Positions 38,840-52,020 of a DNA stretch of 64,000 nucleotides are shown one piece after another; within the stretch, counting starts at the first letter, position 1; each line of letters opens with the position of its first letter. The notes beneath the pieces are model-generated. The model saw only the letters and a program-made list of their open reading frames with translations, searched no databases and was not told the origin of the DNA. The position numbers and the translations under genes are program-made. Origin of the DNA: an uncultured Erysipelotrichaceae bacterium (lineage in GTDB: Bacteria > Bacillota_I > Bacilli_A > RF39 > UBA660); assembly GCA_902801525.1 (NCBI GenBank), contig CADCIN010000005.1, positions 1,132-65,131 on the forward strand, given 5' to 3'.

Positions 38840-39490
38840 ATGAATAATAGTGAAAATACAGTTTATCAAAAAACATTTACTTGGTTATTTATAGGTTTAT
38901 TAATTACCTTTATTTCAGGTTATAGTTTAACATTAAATATTGATTTATTAAAACAAATATTAGCAGTAGGAGTCTTGCCAATAGTAATATTAGAATTAAT
39001 AATTGCCTTTGTTATGGGATTCTTCCTACAAAAATTAAGTCCTGTAATGGCTAAGATACTATTTGTGTTATACTGTATGCTAACAGGTGTAACATTTTCA
39101 GCAATCTTTATTATATATGAAATGATGTCAATTATTTCAATATTTGCAATATCTGCAGGTATATTTGGTGCACTTGCATTATACGGATATAAAACAAAGA
39201 AAAGTTTAAATAACTTAGGTACAATTTTATTTTTTGCATTAATATTCTTAATAATTGGAGAAATACTTAATATGTTAATATTTAAAGCAGCAGGTGCTGA
39301 ATTAGTATTTACAATAATTGGTGTACTAATCTTTGTAGGATACATTGCATATGATACAAAGAAAATACCATATATGATGGATATAGTTGGAGAAGAAAAA
39401 GCTTCAGTATATTGTGCATTTCAATTATACTTAGACTTTATAAATTTATTCATAAGATTATTAGAATTATTTGGAAAAAGACGAGATTAA
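38840..39490 (+). CDS. Bax inhibitor-1/YccA family membrane protein
   Basis: Seven TM segments, YIAYDT, LYLDFINLFIRLL. Confidence 0.92.
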   Translation: MNNSENTVYQKTFTWLFIGLLITFISGYSLTLNIDLLKQILAVGVLPIVILELIIAFVMGFFLQKLSPVMAKILFVLYCMLTGVTFSAIFIIYEMMSIISIFAISAGIFGALALYGYKTKKSLNNLGTILFFALIFLIIGEILNMLIFKAAGAELVFTIIGVLIFVGYIAYDTKKIPYMMDIVGEEKASVYCAFQLYLDFINLFIRLLELFGKRRD

Positions 39491-39532
39491 GTCTTTTTTT
39501 TTATTATGTAAAGATGTTATACTAATAAATAG

Positions 39533-41539
<2,007 letters not shown>

Positions 41540-41556
41540 TTGGAGGAATACTGATT

Positions 41557-42177
41557 ATGGAAACTCAAAAGAAAAAGATAGAATATATTGGAGAAAACAG
41601 TAAAACAGAAATAGAAGCAGAAGTCTATAATGTAAAAGGAATAGATGAATTAAAAGAAAATACTTTATTTGGCATATTAACATCAACTAATAATGTTTAT
41701 AAAATATCTAACTTAAATTTACCAGTTAATTATAAGAGCGTAGATTTAACGGAAGTATTTGGTGATAAAGAAGTGCCACTTATATTTAAAAAACTAAAAG
41801 GAAATATAGCTGTTGAATTTCTTTCAGAAAAAAAGTTGACCATTCTCTCTATAGAAGATTTATATAAAGAAAAAGAATTAAATAAAAAATTAGATAATAA
41901 TATTGTAATAGATCCATCAGTAAACGAATTTGGAAGTAGAACAAATAACATATTTGTAATTGATGATAATTATAAAGATTTATTTATTAGAGAAACTCTT
42001 CCAATAAGAAGTAAAATAGAAAAAGGATTTGAGATATTGACCAACAAATCAAATAAAGAATATAAAGTAATATTAAATAATCAAAATGAGTATTCATCCA
42101 AATTAGAAAGATTAGAAAAAATAATAAATAACTATGAATCAAACATAGAAGAAGAAAAGAAAACTCATATAAGATAA
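41557..42177 (+). CDS. Hypothetical protein
   Basis: RBS GGAGG, 206 aa, no family recognised. Confidence 0.7.
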   Translation: METQKKKIEYIGENSKTEIEAEVYNVKGIDELKENTLFGILTSTNNVYKISNLNLPVNYKSVDLTEVFGDKEVPLIFKKLKGNIAVEFLSEKKLTILSIEDLYKEKELNKKLDNNIVIDPSVNEFGSRTNNIFVIDDNYKDLFIRETLPIRSKIEKGFEILTNKSNKEYKVILNNQNEYSSKLERLEKIINNYESNIEEEKKTHIR

Positions 42178-42300
42178 AATATAGGAAAGAAAACATCTTT
42201 TCTTTTTCACATGATAAAAGATGATTTATTAATAAATAAAAGAAAACTTGTAAAAAGAATAAAACTGTGTTATAATATACGCTATTAATGGGGTGATAGT

Positions 42301-43248
42301 ATGTCTAGAAACAAGAAAGATAAATTTTTTGCTGATGAAAATGAACCAATTCTAATACCACTTGATGAAAATTATGTTCCAAAAAAAGAAAAGAAACATT
42401 TAAGAAAAAAGAAACAAGCAAAAAAAGAAAATACAGTTATTGATGAACCAATTATTAAGAAAATTTATTTAAGTGAAATGCCATTAGTTAAAGATGAGAC
42501 AGATAAAACAAAAAACGAACTTAAAGGAACTAATGACGAAATATTGACTGGACCAACTTCAGAAATAAAAACTGAAGAAATTAAAGAAGAAAAATCACAA
42601 GAAAATCATGAGAAAGAAAAAATTCAAGAAGAATTTGATTTCGAATATGACAAAGATAAAGAAAAAAGAATAAAGAAAATAACTAAAATAACAAATATAG
42701 TATTAGTAGTCTTATTTTTATTAATTTTAATATCTGCGATAGATATAGTAAATATATCAAAAAATGATAAAGAACCATTCTTTGCAATTAAGACAAAAAC
42801 ATATAAAGATGGTGGCTCAAAAGTATATTATGGATTAGGTTACAAAGTAATTAAATATCATCAAAAACAAGGTAGAAGAGACATTGTTGTTGGAACATGG
42901 ACAATGCCATATCAGGGAGAGCCTACAAATATAGAATTAATTGATTTAGCAATCAATTTAAAAGAAAAACCAGAAGAGACTTATGAAGAAATTGCTAAAA
43001 AGTTTATAAGAGTAAGTGGAAATATTACGAATATTGATACCCAAAAGAATATTATTACAATCTCATATGTAGATGAAGAAAACAAATATTCATTAAATAT
43101 AGATGCTAAATTAGATAAAGATGCCAAAGATATTAGTAAATTTGATCAAGGCAGTATTGTCTATATAATTGGTACAGTATCTAAATATGAAATAGGAAAT
43201 AAAGACAAAGTAAATACTTTAACACTTTCTAATTGCTTTGCAGAGTAA
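42301..43248 (+). CDS. Hypothetical bitopic membrane protein
   Basis: Charged N-terminus, one TM, KDGGS..YYGLGYKVI segment, possible OB-fold-like C-terminus. Confidence 0.72.
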   Translation: MSRNKKDKFFADENEPILIPLDENYVPKKEKKHLRKKKQAKKENTVIDEPIIKKIYLSEMPLVKDETDKTKNELKGTNDEILTGPTSEIKTEEIKEEKSQENHEKEKIQEEFDFEYDKDKEKRIKKITKITNIVLVVLFLLILISAIDIVNISKNDKEPFFAIKTKTYKDGGSKVYYGLGYKVIKYHQKQGRRDIVVGTWTMPYQGEPTNIELIDLAINLKEKPEETYEEIAKKFIRVSGNITNIDTQKNIITISYVDEENKYSLNIDAKLDKDAKDISKFDQGSIVYIIGTVSKYEIGNKDKVNTLTLSNCFAE

Positions 43249-43330
43249 TGATTAATATCATTACTTTTTTATTATTTATCAAATATTATTAATTTTATGT
43301 TATAATAAATAAGTTAAAGGAGGAATCCAA

Positions 43331-43645
43331 ATGAAAAAAGTATTAACAAAAGAAGAAGTATTACATGTTGCTGACTTAGCAAGAATTGAAGTTAGTGATA
43401 GTGAAGTAGAAAAATATCAAGAAGAGTTAGGAAAATTACTTTCAGATGTTGAACAAATAAACATGGTAGAAAATTATGATGATGAAAGATTAATCGCACC
43501 ATGGACAGAAGAGACAAAATTAAGAGAAGATAGTGAAGGTACTATGTTAAATCCAAAAGAAGTAATAGAAAATGCTCCAAGACGTGCAGGAAATTATATT
43601 GCTGTGCCAGTAGTAATTAGTGAAAATGAAAGTGAGGGAGCTTAA
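43331..43645 (+). CDS. gatC: Asp/Glu-tRNA amidotransferase subunit C
   Basis: EEVLHVADLARI, LRED, NAP; first gene of gatCAB. Confidence 0.93.
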   Translation: MKKVLTKEEVLHVADLARIEVSDSEVEKYQEELGKLLSDVEQINMVENYDDERLIAPWTEETKLREDSEGTMLNPKEVIENAPRRAGNYIAVPVVISENESEGA

Positions 43646-45094
43646 GTGACAAATTATTTAGAAAAAAGTGTAAAAGAAATAAATGAATTATTAAAAAATA
43701 AAAAAATAAAACCAATAGACTTAGTTAATGAAGCTTTCGAGCGTATTGAAAATAATAGTGAGTTAAATGCATATATTACTTTAAATAAAGAAGAAGCAGT
43801 AAAAAAAGCTATTGAATTAGAAGATAAAGAAGTAGATAATATTTTATTTGGATTACCAATAGCAGTTAAAGATAATATTGTAACTAAAGGATTAAGAACA
43901 ACAGCAGCATCTCATATCTTAGAAAACTTTACTCCTATATATGATGCAACTGTCGTTGAAAAGATAAACAAAAATAATATGATTATTATTGGTAAGACTA
44001 ATATGGATGAATTTGCAATGGGATCATCTAGTAGAACAAGTTATTTTGGAGCACCAAGAAATCCATGGAATAAAACAAAAATATCAGGAGGATCATCTGG
44101 TGGCTCAGCAGTTACTATAGCAGCAAATGATGTTTTATTTGCTCTTGGAACAGATACTGGTGGATCAATTAGACAACCAGCAAGTTACTGCGGAATTGTA
44201 GGAATGAAACCAACTTATGGAAGGGTATCAAGATACGGAATGATAGCATTTGCATCAAGTTTAGACCAAATAGGACCAATGACAAAGAATGTATATAATA
44301 ATGCTCTTTTATTAAATGTAATAGCAGGTCATGATGATAAAGATTTAACATCTTCTAGAAAAGAAGTAGAAGACTATACAAGTTTAATTGGTCAAGATAT
44401 TAAAGGTAAAAAAATAGCGATTCCTAATTACTTTGTCTCAGATATTGTTAGTAAAGAAATAAAAGAAAAACTAGAAAATGTAATTGAATTACTAAAAGAA
44501 AAAGGTGCTATAGTAGATTATGTCGATATGAAGTATCTAGAAAATGCCGTAACTTTATATCAAATTATCGCTATGGGTGAAGCATCATCTAACTTAGCAA
44601 GATTTGATGGAATAAGATATGGAACATCTTATGAAGATCCAAATGGTATCTATGATTTATATGTTAAAACAAGATCAAATGGATTTGGTAAAGAAGTAAA
44701 AAGAAGAATTATGGTAGGCTCATACTTATTAAGTGGAGAAAATGCAAAAATATATTATAATAAAGCATTAGCTATAAGAGATGATATATCTAAAGAATTT
44801 AAAAAAGTATTTGAAAAATACGACTATATAATTGGACCAACAACTACAACAACAGCATATGATCTAACTGATCCAATGGATGATCCATCTAAGAGTTTTA
44901 TGGACGACGTATTATCAATACCAGTAAATATGGCAGGACTTCCTGGCTTAAATTTACCAATTGGAACGTCTGAAGATAATATGCCAATAGGAATGCAAAT
45001 TATTGGTGATAAATTTACAGAAGCAAGTATCTATCAATTAGCAGCATTCTTGGAAAAAGAAATTGATTTTTGTGGAGGTGTAAAATATGAATAA
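43646..45094 (+). CDS. gatA: Asp/Glu-tRNA amidotransferase subunit A
   Basis: IAVKDNI, KTNMDEFAMG, GGSSGGS, GTDTGGSIRQPA. GTG start. Confidence 0.97.
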   Translation: MTNYLEKSVKEINELLKNKKIKPIDLVNEAFERIENNSELNAYITLNKEEAVKKAIELEDKEVDNILFGLPIAVKDNIVTKGLRTTAASHILENFTPIYDATVVEKINKNNMIIIGKTNMDEFAMGSSSRTSYFGAPRNPWNKTKISGGSSGGSAVTIAANDVLFALGTDTGGSIRQPASYCGIVGMKPTYGRVSRYGMIAFASSLDQIGPMTKNVYNNALLLNVIAGHDDKDLTSSRKEVEDYTSLIGQDIKGKKIAIPNYFVSDIVSKEIKEKLENVIELLKEKGAIVDYVDMKYLENAVTLYQIIAMGEASSNLARFDGIRYGTSYEDPNGIYDLYVKTRSNGFGKEVKRRIMVGSYLLSGENAKIYYNKALAIRDDISKEFKKVFEKYDYIIGPTTTTTAYDLTDPMDDPSKSFMDDVLSIPVNMAGLPGLNLPIGTSEDNMPIGMQIIGDKFTEASIYQLAAFLEKEIDFCGGVKYE

Positions 45095-46517
45095 TAATTA
45101 TATTCCAACAATAGGTATAGAAGTTCACGTAGAATTAAAAACTAATACAAAAATATTTTCAAATTCCAAAAACGGATATGGCCAAATGGCAAACTCACTA
45201 ACAAATGTAGTTGATTTAGGATATCCTGGAACACTTCCTACATTAAATGAGAAAGTAATTGAACTAGCTATTAAGGCAGCAACTGTCCTAAATTGTAAGA
45301 TAAGAAGACAAATGCACTTTGATCGTAAAAACTATTTTTATCCAGATAATCCAAAGAATTATCAAATAACACAAGCAGAAACACCAATTGGCTATGATGG
45401 TTATGTAGAGATAGATTTAGATGGAGAAAAGAAAAAAATATATATTGAAGAAATGCATATCGAAGAAGATACATGTAAATCAACACATAAGTCAGGTAAA
45501 ACTTATCTAGATTTTAATAGAGCAGGAGTACCACTTATTGAAATAGTAACAAAGCCATGTATTTCATCACCATTAGAAGCAAAATTATATCTAGAAAAAT
45601 TAAAAGAACTTTTATTTTATACAGATGTTTCAGATTGTAAAATGGAAGAAGGTTCAATGAGAGCTGATGCTAATATTTCACTTAGAAAAAATGAGTCTGA
45701 TCCATTAGGAACAAAAGTAGAAATTAAGAATATCGGATCAATATCAAATGTTAAATTATCACTTGAAAAAGAATGGGAAAGACAAACAAAGATGTTAGAT
45801 AATAATGAATATTTTAAGGAACAAACAAGGCGTTTTGATGATAAGAAAAATGATACAGTACTAATGAGAGTAAAAGAAACAGGAAACGATTATCGTTATT
45901 TCCCTGAACCAGATATTCCATTTGTATATATAACAGATGAGATGATAGAAAATGCAAAAAAGAAAATTCCAATGCTTCCAGATGAAAGAAAAAAAGTGTA
46001 TATTGAAAAGAATATTCCAGAAGTAAATGCTAAAAAGCTTGTTGAACATCGTGAATTATCTGATTTTCTTAATAGTTTATTAGACAAAAATGTAGACTTT
46101 GTTGTAGCATGCAACTTATTGCTAGGTGACATTTCAGCATACTTAAATAAAGAAGAAAAAAAATTATCTGAAACAACACTTACTAAAGAAAAATTTATTG
46201 AATTAGTTAATAAAGTATCTAGTAAAGAAATATCTAGTAAAAATGTAAAAGATATTTTAAAAGATGTATTAGAAACAGAGTTATCTATCAAAGAAATTAT
46301 TTCTAAATCAGGTATAAAAAATATTTCAGATGATGAAACAATAAATAAAATAATTGATAAAATTATTGAAAATAACCAAGAAAGTGTTAAAGACTATAAA
46401 GATGGAAAAGATAGAGCAATTAAGTATTTAATGGGACAAGTTATGAAAGAGACAAAAGGCTCAGTAAACCCAGAAAAAGCAATGAATTTATTAAAAGTTA
46501 AATTACAATCAATTTGA
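45087..46517 (+). CDS. gatB: Asp/Glu-tRNA amidotransferase subunit B
   Basis: IGIEVHVEL, RKNYFYPD, HIEED, NRAGVPLIEIVT, YRYFPEPD. Confidence 0.97.
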   Translation: MNNNYIPTIGIEVHVELKTNTKIFSNSKNGYGQMANSLTNVVDLGYPGTLPTLNEKVIELAIKAATVLNCKIRRQMHFDRKNYFYPDNPKNYQITQAETPIGYDGYVEIDLDGEKKKIYIEEMHIEEDTCKSTHKSGKTYLDFNRAGVPLIEIVTKPCISSPLEAKLYLEKLKELLFYTDVSDCKMEEGSMRADANISLRKNESDPLGTKVEIKNIGSISNVKLSLEKEWERQTKMLDNNEYFKEQTRRFDDKKNDTVLMRVKETGNDYRYFPEPDIPFVYITDEMIENAKKKIPMLPDERKKVYIEKNIPEVNAKKLVEHRELSDFLNSLLDKNVDFVVACNLLLGDISAYLNKEEKKLSETTLTKEKFIELVNKVSSKEISSKNVKDILKDVLETELSIKEIISKSGIKNISDDETINKIIDKIIENNQESVKDYKDGKDRAIKYLMGQVMKETKGSVNPEKAMNLLKVKLQSI

Positions 46518-46560
46518 TAATTGAAAAACACTTGCATATATTGTATAATAATACTAGGAT

Positions 46561-47025
46561 GTGAATAAGATGAAAAATTATATTAAGAATAACAAGTTTA
46601 GTGTTGTTGCAATTATAATCTTTACAGTAATTGTAATTGCACTAATCCAAGTAAAACTTATTTTCTTTCCAAGTGAAGGAAAAGCAATCTATGGGGATCG
46701 TTTGAAAAATTTAAAAGAATATGCACTTAAAAAAGATGAAAAATCAAAAATAATTTCATCTCTTGAAGATGATTCAGCAGTAAAAAAAGCAACAATTAGA
46801 ATGTCAGGAAAAACAATAGAAGTTAGTATTGAAATAAATGACGATATAGCAAAAGATACTGCAAAATCATTAACTGATAAAGTAACTTCATCTCTATCAG
46901 AAGATCAAAAAAAATATTTTGATATTCAAGTTTTTATATCTAAATCATCTGATGCTAAAGATTTTCCAATTATCGGTTATAAACAACGCAATAAAGATGG
47001 ATTTACATTCACAAAAGATAGATAG
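46561..47025 (+). CDS. Hypothetical membrane-anchored protein
   Basis: N-terminal TM; 154 aa. Confidence 0.72.
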   Translation: MNKMKNYIKNNKFSVVAIIIFTVIVIALIQVKLIFFPSEGKAIYGDRLKNLKEYALKKDEKSKIISSLEDDSAVKKATIRMSGKTIEVSIEINDDIAKDTAKSLTDKVTSSLSEDQKKYFDIQVFISKSSDAKDFPIIGYKQRNKDGFTFTKDR

Positions 47026-47036
47026 GGGAATTATTT

Positions 47037-49076
47037 ATGAAAAGAAAATTAATAATAACAATACCAATAGCAATTGCTTTGGTAGCGTTTATTTTTGTCT
47101 ACAGATATTATAATGCAGAAGATAAAACTACTACTCTAACTGTAGCAGAAAAAAGGTGGGTTCAAAATAATTCAAAGACAACATATGATTTTGAAATAGT
47201 TAATGATTATCCATTATATAGTATGAATGGTGAAGGAGTAATCTTTGACTTTATAAATGATTTTGAAAAAAATATAGGAATTGAATTTAATAAAATATCT
47301 TATTTAAAAGATTCAAAACCAACAACAAAAAGTTTTAGAATAAGAGTCTTAAATAATAATGAAGAATTATCAAAAAATGATTTGCCATTATTTACAGATA
47401 CTTATGTTGCAATAGGAAAGAATTATCAAAGAATAAATAAAATAAGTGATTTTAAGAATATAACTTTTGGAGTATTTAAAAATGATTCAGAAGATTTAAG
47501 CTATTACCTAAAAAGTGGAAATAATCTATCATTTAAAAGTTACGACAATATAACAGATTTATATTCAGCATTAGATAATGATGAAGTAAATATGATTGTT
47601 GTACCAAATACAATGTATTTGAACTATACAATTAAGAAAGATAAGTATTCTATTAATTATTACTTCAATGAAATGCAAAAACAAATAGTATTAACATTAA
47701 GTGATAATAATGAAAAATTGAATAATATAGTAAAAAAATATTACAATAAATGGAAAGCAACTAAATATATAAAAGAATATAATAGTGCTTATTTTGATTA
47801 TTATATAGAAGAAAATAGTATTAGTGCTAAAACAAAATCACAATTAATTTCTAAAACTTATACATATGGCTTTGTACAAAATACTCCATATGAAGTTAAA
47901 GTAAATGGAAAACTTGCAGGAATAGCAGGAGAATATATAGATAGAATATCTAGATTATCAGATATTGAGTTTAAATATAAGAAATTTAAAAATAAAAAAG
48001 ATTTGCAAAAAGCAATAGATAAAGGACAAGTAGATGTATATTTTGATTTTTGTAATTATGATCAAGATGATTATAAACCAACATTATCAACATTTATTGA
48101 ACAATATGTTGTTCTTGGAAAAGAAAAAGACAAACATATAGCTACATCATTTGAAAGCCTAAAAGATCAAGAAATAGTAATGCTTGAGGCAGATTCACTA
48201 TATAACTACTTTACAAGTAATTCTAGATCTAAGATTACTACTTATAAAAATATAGATAGCTTAATAAAAAATTCTAATGATAGAATGATAGTTATTGATA
48301 AAGAAATATATACATATTATCAAAACAATAAATTTGCAAATTATAAATTAATTTATTTAGATAATATGATGAATGATTATAAATTTATGGTAAAAAAAGA
48401 TAATGAAGCATTCTATGACTTATTTAACTACATAATTAATACTAATTCATATTATAATTATCGTAATAGTGGAATAGAAAACCTACATGCATCAATATTA
48501 GAAAATTCAACATTTGAACAAGTTTATACAATAGTATTATTAATTATATTTATTCCATTATTAGTATTAACTGGAATTTACTTATTCTTAAAACATAAGA
48601 GAAAAGTTAAGAAAGTTAAAATAACAGATAGACATAAATATATAGATGTATTAACATCACTAAAGAATAGAAATTATTTAAATATTAAGATGCCAGAATG
48701 GGAAGCATCAAAAGTATTCCCACAATCAATTGTAATAGTCGACTTAAACAATGTTAAATATGTTAATGATAACTATGGACATGAAGAAGGGGACGAATTA
48801 ATAATTAAAGCAGCAGGTATACTTGTAAATACCCAACTAGAAAATAGTGAGATAATAAGAACTGATGGAAATGAATTCTTAGTATATTTAGTTGGATATA
48901 GTCAAAAACAAATTAGTACATATACAAAAAAATTGTCAAAAGAATTTAAAAACTTACCACATGAATTTGGAGCTGCAGTAGGATTTAGTATGATTCAAGA
49001 TGAAATAAAATCACTTGATGATGCAATTAACGAAGCAACACTAGAAATGATAACAAATAAAGAAGACTATAAATAA
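47037..49076 (+). CDS. Sensor protein: extracellular solute-binding-like domains, TM, degenerate GGDEF domain
   Basis: DVLTSLKNR, DLNNVKYVNDNYGHEEGD, active-site position reads RTDGNEF. Confidence 0.85.
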   Translation: MKRKLIITIPIAIALVAFIFVYRYYNAEDKTTTLTVAEKRWVQNNSKTTYDFEIVNDYPLYSMNGEGVIFDFINDFEKNIGIEFNKISYLKDSKPTTKSFRIRVLNNNEELSKNDLPLFTDTYVAIGKNYQRINKISDFKNITFGVFKNDSEDLSYYLKSGNNLSFKSYDNITDLYSALDNDEVNMIVVPNTMYLNYTIKKDKYSINYYFNEMQKQIVLTLSDNNEKLNNIVKKYYNKWKATKYIKEYNSAYFDYYIEENSISAKTKSQLISKTYTYGFVQNTPYEVKVNGKLAGIAGEYIDRISRLSDIEFKYKKFKNKKDLQKAIDKGQVDVYFDFCNYDQDDYKPTLSTFIEQYVVLGKEKDKHIATSFESLKDQEIVMLEADSLYNYFTSNSRSKITTYKNIDSLIKNSNDRMIVIDKEIYTYYQNNKFANYKLIYLDNMMNDYKFMVKKDNEAFYDLFNYIINTNSYYNYRNSGIENLHASILENSTFEQVYTIVLLIIFIPLLVLTGIYLFLKHKRKVKKVKITDRHKYIDVLTSLKNRNYLNIKMPEWEASKVFPQSIVIVDLNNVKYVNDNYGHEEGDELIIKAAGILVNTQLENSEIIRTDGNEFLVYLVGYSQKQISTYTKKLSKEFKNLPHEFGAAVGFSMIQDEIKSLDDAINEATLEMITNKEDYK

Positions 49077-49084
49077 AAGGGTGA

Positions 49085-49948
49085 ATGAAGATGAAGCGAG
49101 GACGAAAGGTATTTATTAATATCATAAAGGTTATCCAAAAACCAGAAATGAGAGTATTACCCGGTCAACTCGCTTTTTTCTTTGTAGTTTCACTTATTCC
49201 ACTTATTGCATTAATTGGAACTATAATGTCTTCTTTTTCTATGCCAGTAGATACGCTAGAAAATATCGTTAACTCATCACTTCCAAATGGAGTAGCAGAA
49301 ATATTTACAACACTAGTAGAAGGAAATCACATGAATTTCAACATAGCAGTATTCTTTGTATCAGCATTTTTATTAGCATCGAATGGTACACATTCAATAA
49401 TAATAACATCAAATGAAATTTATAAAATAGAATCAAATAATTATATAAGAAGAAGATTAAAAGCCATTATGATGACACTAATATTAGTATTACTATTAAT
49501 ATTTTTACTGATGGTACCAGTGTTTGGTGATTCAATATTTGAAATATTAAGAATAACATTTAATGAAACTGAAACATTAGATGCAGCATATAAAATATAT
49601 AAAATATTAAAATATCCAATATCAGTTATATTAGTCTTCTATAATATTAGATTAATATATACAATTGCTCCTGATAAAAAAATAGATAAAAACTCAACAT
49701 TTCAGGGTGCATTTTTTACAACAATAAGTTGGATATTAGCAACTGAAGTATATACTTTCTATGTAGCTAAATTCACAAATTATGACGTATTTTATGGAAG
49801 TATATCAAATATATTAGTACTTCTTTTATGGGTGTATTTACTTGCATATATATTTGTGCTTGGTATGGCATTTAACGCAGGTAATACATTAGATTTAGAA
49901 GGACTCACAAAAAGTTTGAAATTATCAAAAATTGATAAAAAAAGATAA
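49085..49948 (+). CDS. YihY/virulence factor BrkB family membrane protein
   Basis: QLAFFFVVSLIP, YGSISNILVLLLWVY. Confidence 0.88.
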   Translation: MKMKRGRKVFINIIKVIQKPEMRVLPGQLAFFFVVSLIPLIALIGTIMSSFSMPVDTLENIVNSSLPNGVAEIFTTLVEGNHMNFNIAVFFVSAFLLASNGTHSIIITSNEIYKIESNNYIRRRLKAIMMTLILVLLLIFLLMVPVFGDSIFEILRITFNETETLDAAYKIYKILKYPISVILVFYNIRLIYTIAPDKKIDKNSTFQGAFFTTISWILATEVYTFYVAKFTNYDVFYGSISNILVLLLWVYLLAYIFVLGMAFNAGNTLDLEGLTKSLKLSKIDKKR

Positions 49949-49980
49949 AAGTGCTATAATACGTTAGGTGAGGTAAATAA

Positions 49981-52020
49981 ATGAAGAAAAAAATAATAAA
50001 AATAAAAGATAAATTAATTAAAGAAATAAAAAGAGCAAAAAAAGAACACCTTATGAGAAAATATATTAAAGAAAATAAATTATTCTTGACATTTGTTCTA
50101 ACTTGCTTAATAAATTCTACAATGATAAGATTTTTTACAATTCATACTTTAGAAAATTACTTATCAATTAAACCATTAATAGGAGATTCAGCAATTCTAA
50201 TACTTGCAGGATCATTTGGATATTTATTTAAACCTAAAAATAGATTTAAATACTACTTAGGACTAGAAATATTTTTTACGGCAATATGTATGATTAACTC
50301 AGTCTATTATACATTCTACACATCATTTGCATCCCTATCAATGTTATCACTAACACAGTACCTAGGGGATGTAGGAGATGCTGTTGTACAAAACGTAATT
50401 CAGTTAAAAGACTTATTATATTTAATACCATTTGGATTTTTAATTTTTATGAATATAAAACTTAAAAAAAGAGGATATTATAAAAAAGTTGAATTAAAAC
50501 AAGAAAGAAAAAAGAAAACAATTAAAGCATTAACAACAGGTGCAGTATTTGCATTAGTCTTTATTATAACAATGAATTCATTAGATGTAACAAGATTTGC
50601 AAAACAATGGAATCGTGAATATATAGTAATGAGATTTGGTATTTATATTTATCAATTTAACGATGCAGTAACATCAGTAAAACCAAAGATTAATTCTATG
50701 TTTGGTTATGATAAAGCAAATAGATCTTTTAAAGAATATTTTAAAGATGAAAAAGAAGTTCAAACAAATGAATATACAAATATTTTTGAAGGAAAAAATG
50801 TAATAGTTATTCATGGTGAAAGTATGCAAACAAATGCCATGAATAGGTCTTTTAATGGACAAGAAGTTACACCAACCCTAAATAAATTGGCAAGCGAAGG
50901 AATGTTCTTTTCAAACTTCTATTCACAAGTTAGTGTAGGAACAAGTAGTGATGCTGAACTTACAAATACAACATCACTAATGCCAACTCAAAGTGGTACA
51001 GCATTTGTATCATACTTTAACAGAACTTATATATCTACACCAAAACTATTAAAGGAAAAAGGTTATTATACATTTAGTATGCATGGCAATGCAGCAGATT
51101 TCTGGAATAGACGTGCAATGCATGAAAGTCTAGGATATGATAAATTCTATAGTAAAAAAGATTATGATGTAAACACAGAAAATACAATTGGGCTTGGTAT
51201 AAGTGATAAAGCATTCTTTAGTCAATCAATTCCAAAACTAGAAAAAATTAATGAAAAACATAAAAACTGGTATGGATTATTTATAATGTTATCAAATCAC
51301 ACTCCATTCTCAGATACAGAAAAATATGGGGAATTTCCTGTTGATATAAAAGAGACTGTAACAAAAGAAGATGGAAGTGTAGAAGAAGTAACTTACCCTT
51401 ATATGGAAGGTACTAAACTTGGTAACTATTTTAAATCAGTACATTATGCAGATAGTGCCTTAGGAGATTTCATGAATGAATTAGATGAAAAAGGATTACT
51501 TGATAATACAGTAGTAATTATCTATGGAGATCATGATGCAAGACTTCCAAAAGCTGATTATAACAGATTAAATAACTATGATAAAGAAAATGATTCAGTC
51601 CTATCAAAAGATGATCCAAATTATAAAGAATATGATTCATATCAATATGAACTGGGAAGAAAGGTTCCTTTCATTATTTGGACAAAAGATTCAAAAGGAA
51701 CAAATCTTAATAGAGAAGTTAAAAATGTAATGGGTATGTATGATGTAATGCCAACTATTGGAAACATGTTTGGATATTACAATAAATATGCACTAGGTCA
51801 TGATATTTTCAACATAAATGAAAATAATATAGTTGTATTCCCTAATGGAAACTGGGTTACAAATAAAATGTATTATAATAGTCAAAAAGAAGAATATTTA
51901 TCATTAACTGATGAAGCAATTACACAAGATGAAATAGAAAAAAATGAAGAATATTCCGAAAAATTATTAAATGTATCTAATAATATGATAGTATTTGATT
52001 TATTAAAAAATGCAAAATAA
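49981..52020 (+). CDS. ltaS: Lipoteichoic acid synthase (LtaS) family
   Basis: Five TM segments, IHGESMQ, GTSSDAE, SNHTPF, YGDH. Confidence 0.92.
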   Translation: MKKKIIKIKDKLIKEIKRAKKEHLMRKYIKENKLFLTFVLTCLINSTMIRFFTIHTLENYLSIKPLIGDSAILILAGSFGYLFKPKNRFKYYLGLEIFFTAICMINSVYYTFYTSFASLSMLSLTQYLGDVGDAVVQNVIQLKDLLYLIPFGFLIFMNIKLKKRGYYKKVELKQERKKKTIKALTTGAVFALVFIITMNSLDVTRFAKQWNREYIVMRFGIYIYQFNDAVTSVKPKINSMFGYDKANRSFKEYFKDEKEVQTNEYTNIFEGKNVIVIHGESMQTNAMNRSFNGQEVTPTLNKLASEGMFFSNFYSQVSVGTSSDAELTNTTSLMPTQSGTAFVSYFNRTYISTPKLLKEKGYYTFSMHGNAADFWNRRAMHESLGYDKFYSKKDYDVNTENTIGLGISDKAFFSQSIPKLEKINEKHKNWYGLFIMLSNHTPFSDTEKYGEFPVDIKETVTKEDGSVEEVTYPYMEGTKLGNYFKSVHYADSALGDFMNELDEKGLLDNTVVIIYGDHDARLPKADYNRLNNYDKENDSVLSKDDPNYKEYDSYQYELGRKVPFIIWTKDSKGTNLNREVKNVMGMYDVMPTIGNMFGYYNKYALGHDIFNINENNIVVFPNGNWVTNKMYYNSQKEEYLSLTDEAITQDEIEKNEEYSEKLLNVSNNMIVFDLLKNAK

